From Pelagibacteraceae bacterium AG-390-A02 (GTDB taxonomy: Bacteria > Pseudomonadota > Alphaproteobacteria > Pelagibacterales > Pelagibacteraceae), in the NCBI GenBank assembly GCA_003278165.1, contig QCGU01000002.1, positions 2,033-66,032 of the forward strand: a DNA stretch of 64,000 nucleotides, read 5' to 3'. Numbering within the stretch: the first letter of the stretch is position 1; each line of letters starts with the position of its first letter. The notes beneath the pieces were generated by a model, which was not told where the DNA came from, did no database searches, and saw only the letters and a list, made by a program, of their open reading frames with translations. Below, piece after piece: positions 63,946-64,000 of the stretch. The translations under genes and the position numbers were made by a program.

Positions 63946-64000
63946 ATGAGCAATTTAGCAAAAAATTATAACAGAAAAAAAATTTCATTTAAGTATGGTA
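63946..64000 (+). CDS. argD: Probable acetylornithine aminotransferase (5' end only)
   Basis: MSNLAKNYNRKKISFKYG matches the ArgD N-terminal Y.R..I.F..G pattern; gcrA/argD divergent arrangement is typical of alphaproteobacteria. Confidence 0.65.
   Translation, partial: MSNLAKNYNRKKISFKYG

Overview
AT-rich (roughly 30% GC by eye), extremely compact core-genome segment of a streamlined alphaproteobacterium. Gene content, gene order and protein sequences point to Pelagibacterales (SAR11). It holds about 60 CDSs, including gltDB, thrS-infC-rpmI-rplT-pheST-lepA, gyrB, regB, cobST, aroKB, def-fmt-truA, rpmH-rnpA-yidD-yidC-argB-dapD-dapE, dcd-murA-hisD-infA, hisS-hisZ-hisG, trxA, the nrnC-kdsD-lptC-lptB-aroA-cmk-rpsA-ihfB-pyrF-trpFBA-accD-folC run, and gcrA. 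There are four tRNAs and no recognisable mobile element, prophage or CRISPR array. Most interesting signals: (1) an unannotated, apparently leaderless His-rich 22-codon ORF whose last codons overlap a small terminator-like hairpin, upstream of tRNA-His-hisS-hisZ-hisG (candidate minimal His attenuator); (2) a three-nuclease module (membrane-anchored RmuC, a stand-alone RecB/MGME1-like nuclease and exonuclease I) at the position where many alphaproteobacteria carry addB-addA, just before trxA; (3) three of four tRNAs with covarying non-canonical elbow bases; (4) core enzymes with substituted 'invariant' residues (TrpB/TrpA, Cmk, RegB); (5) an adjacent SET methyltransferase and HDAC-family gene pair; (6) small ORFs missed by the ORF track. 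All calls come from manual motif and synteny recognition; no database searches were run, so novelty is unverified and several traits may be SAR11-wide.
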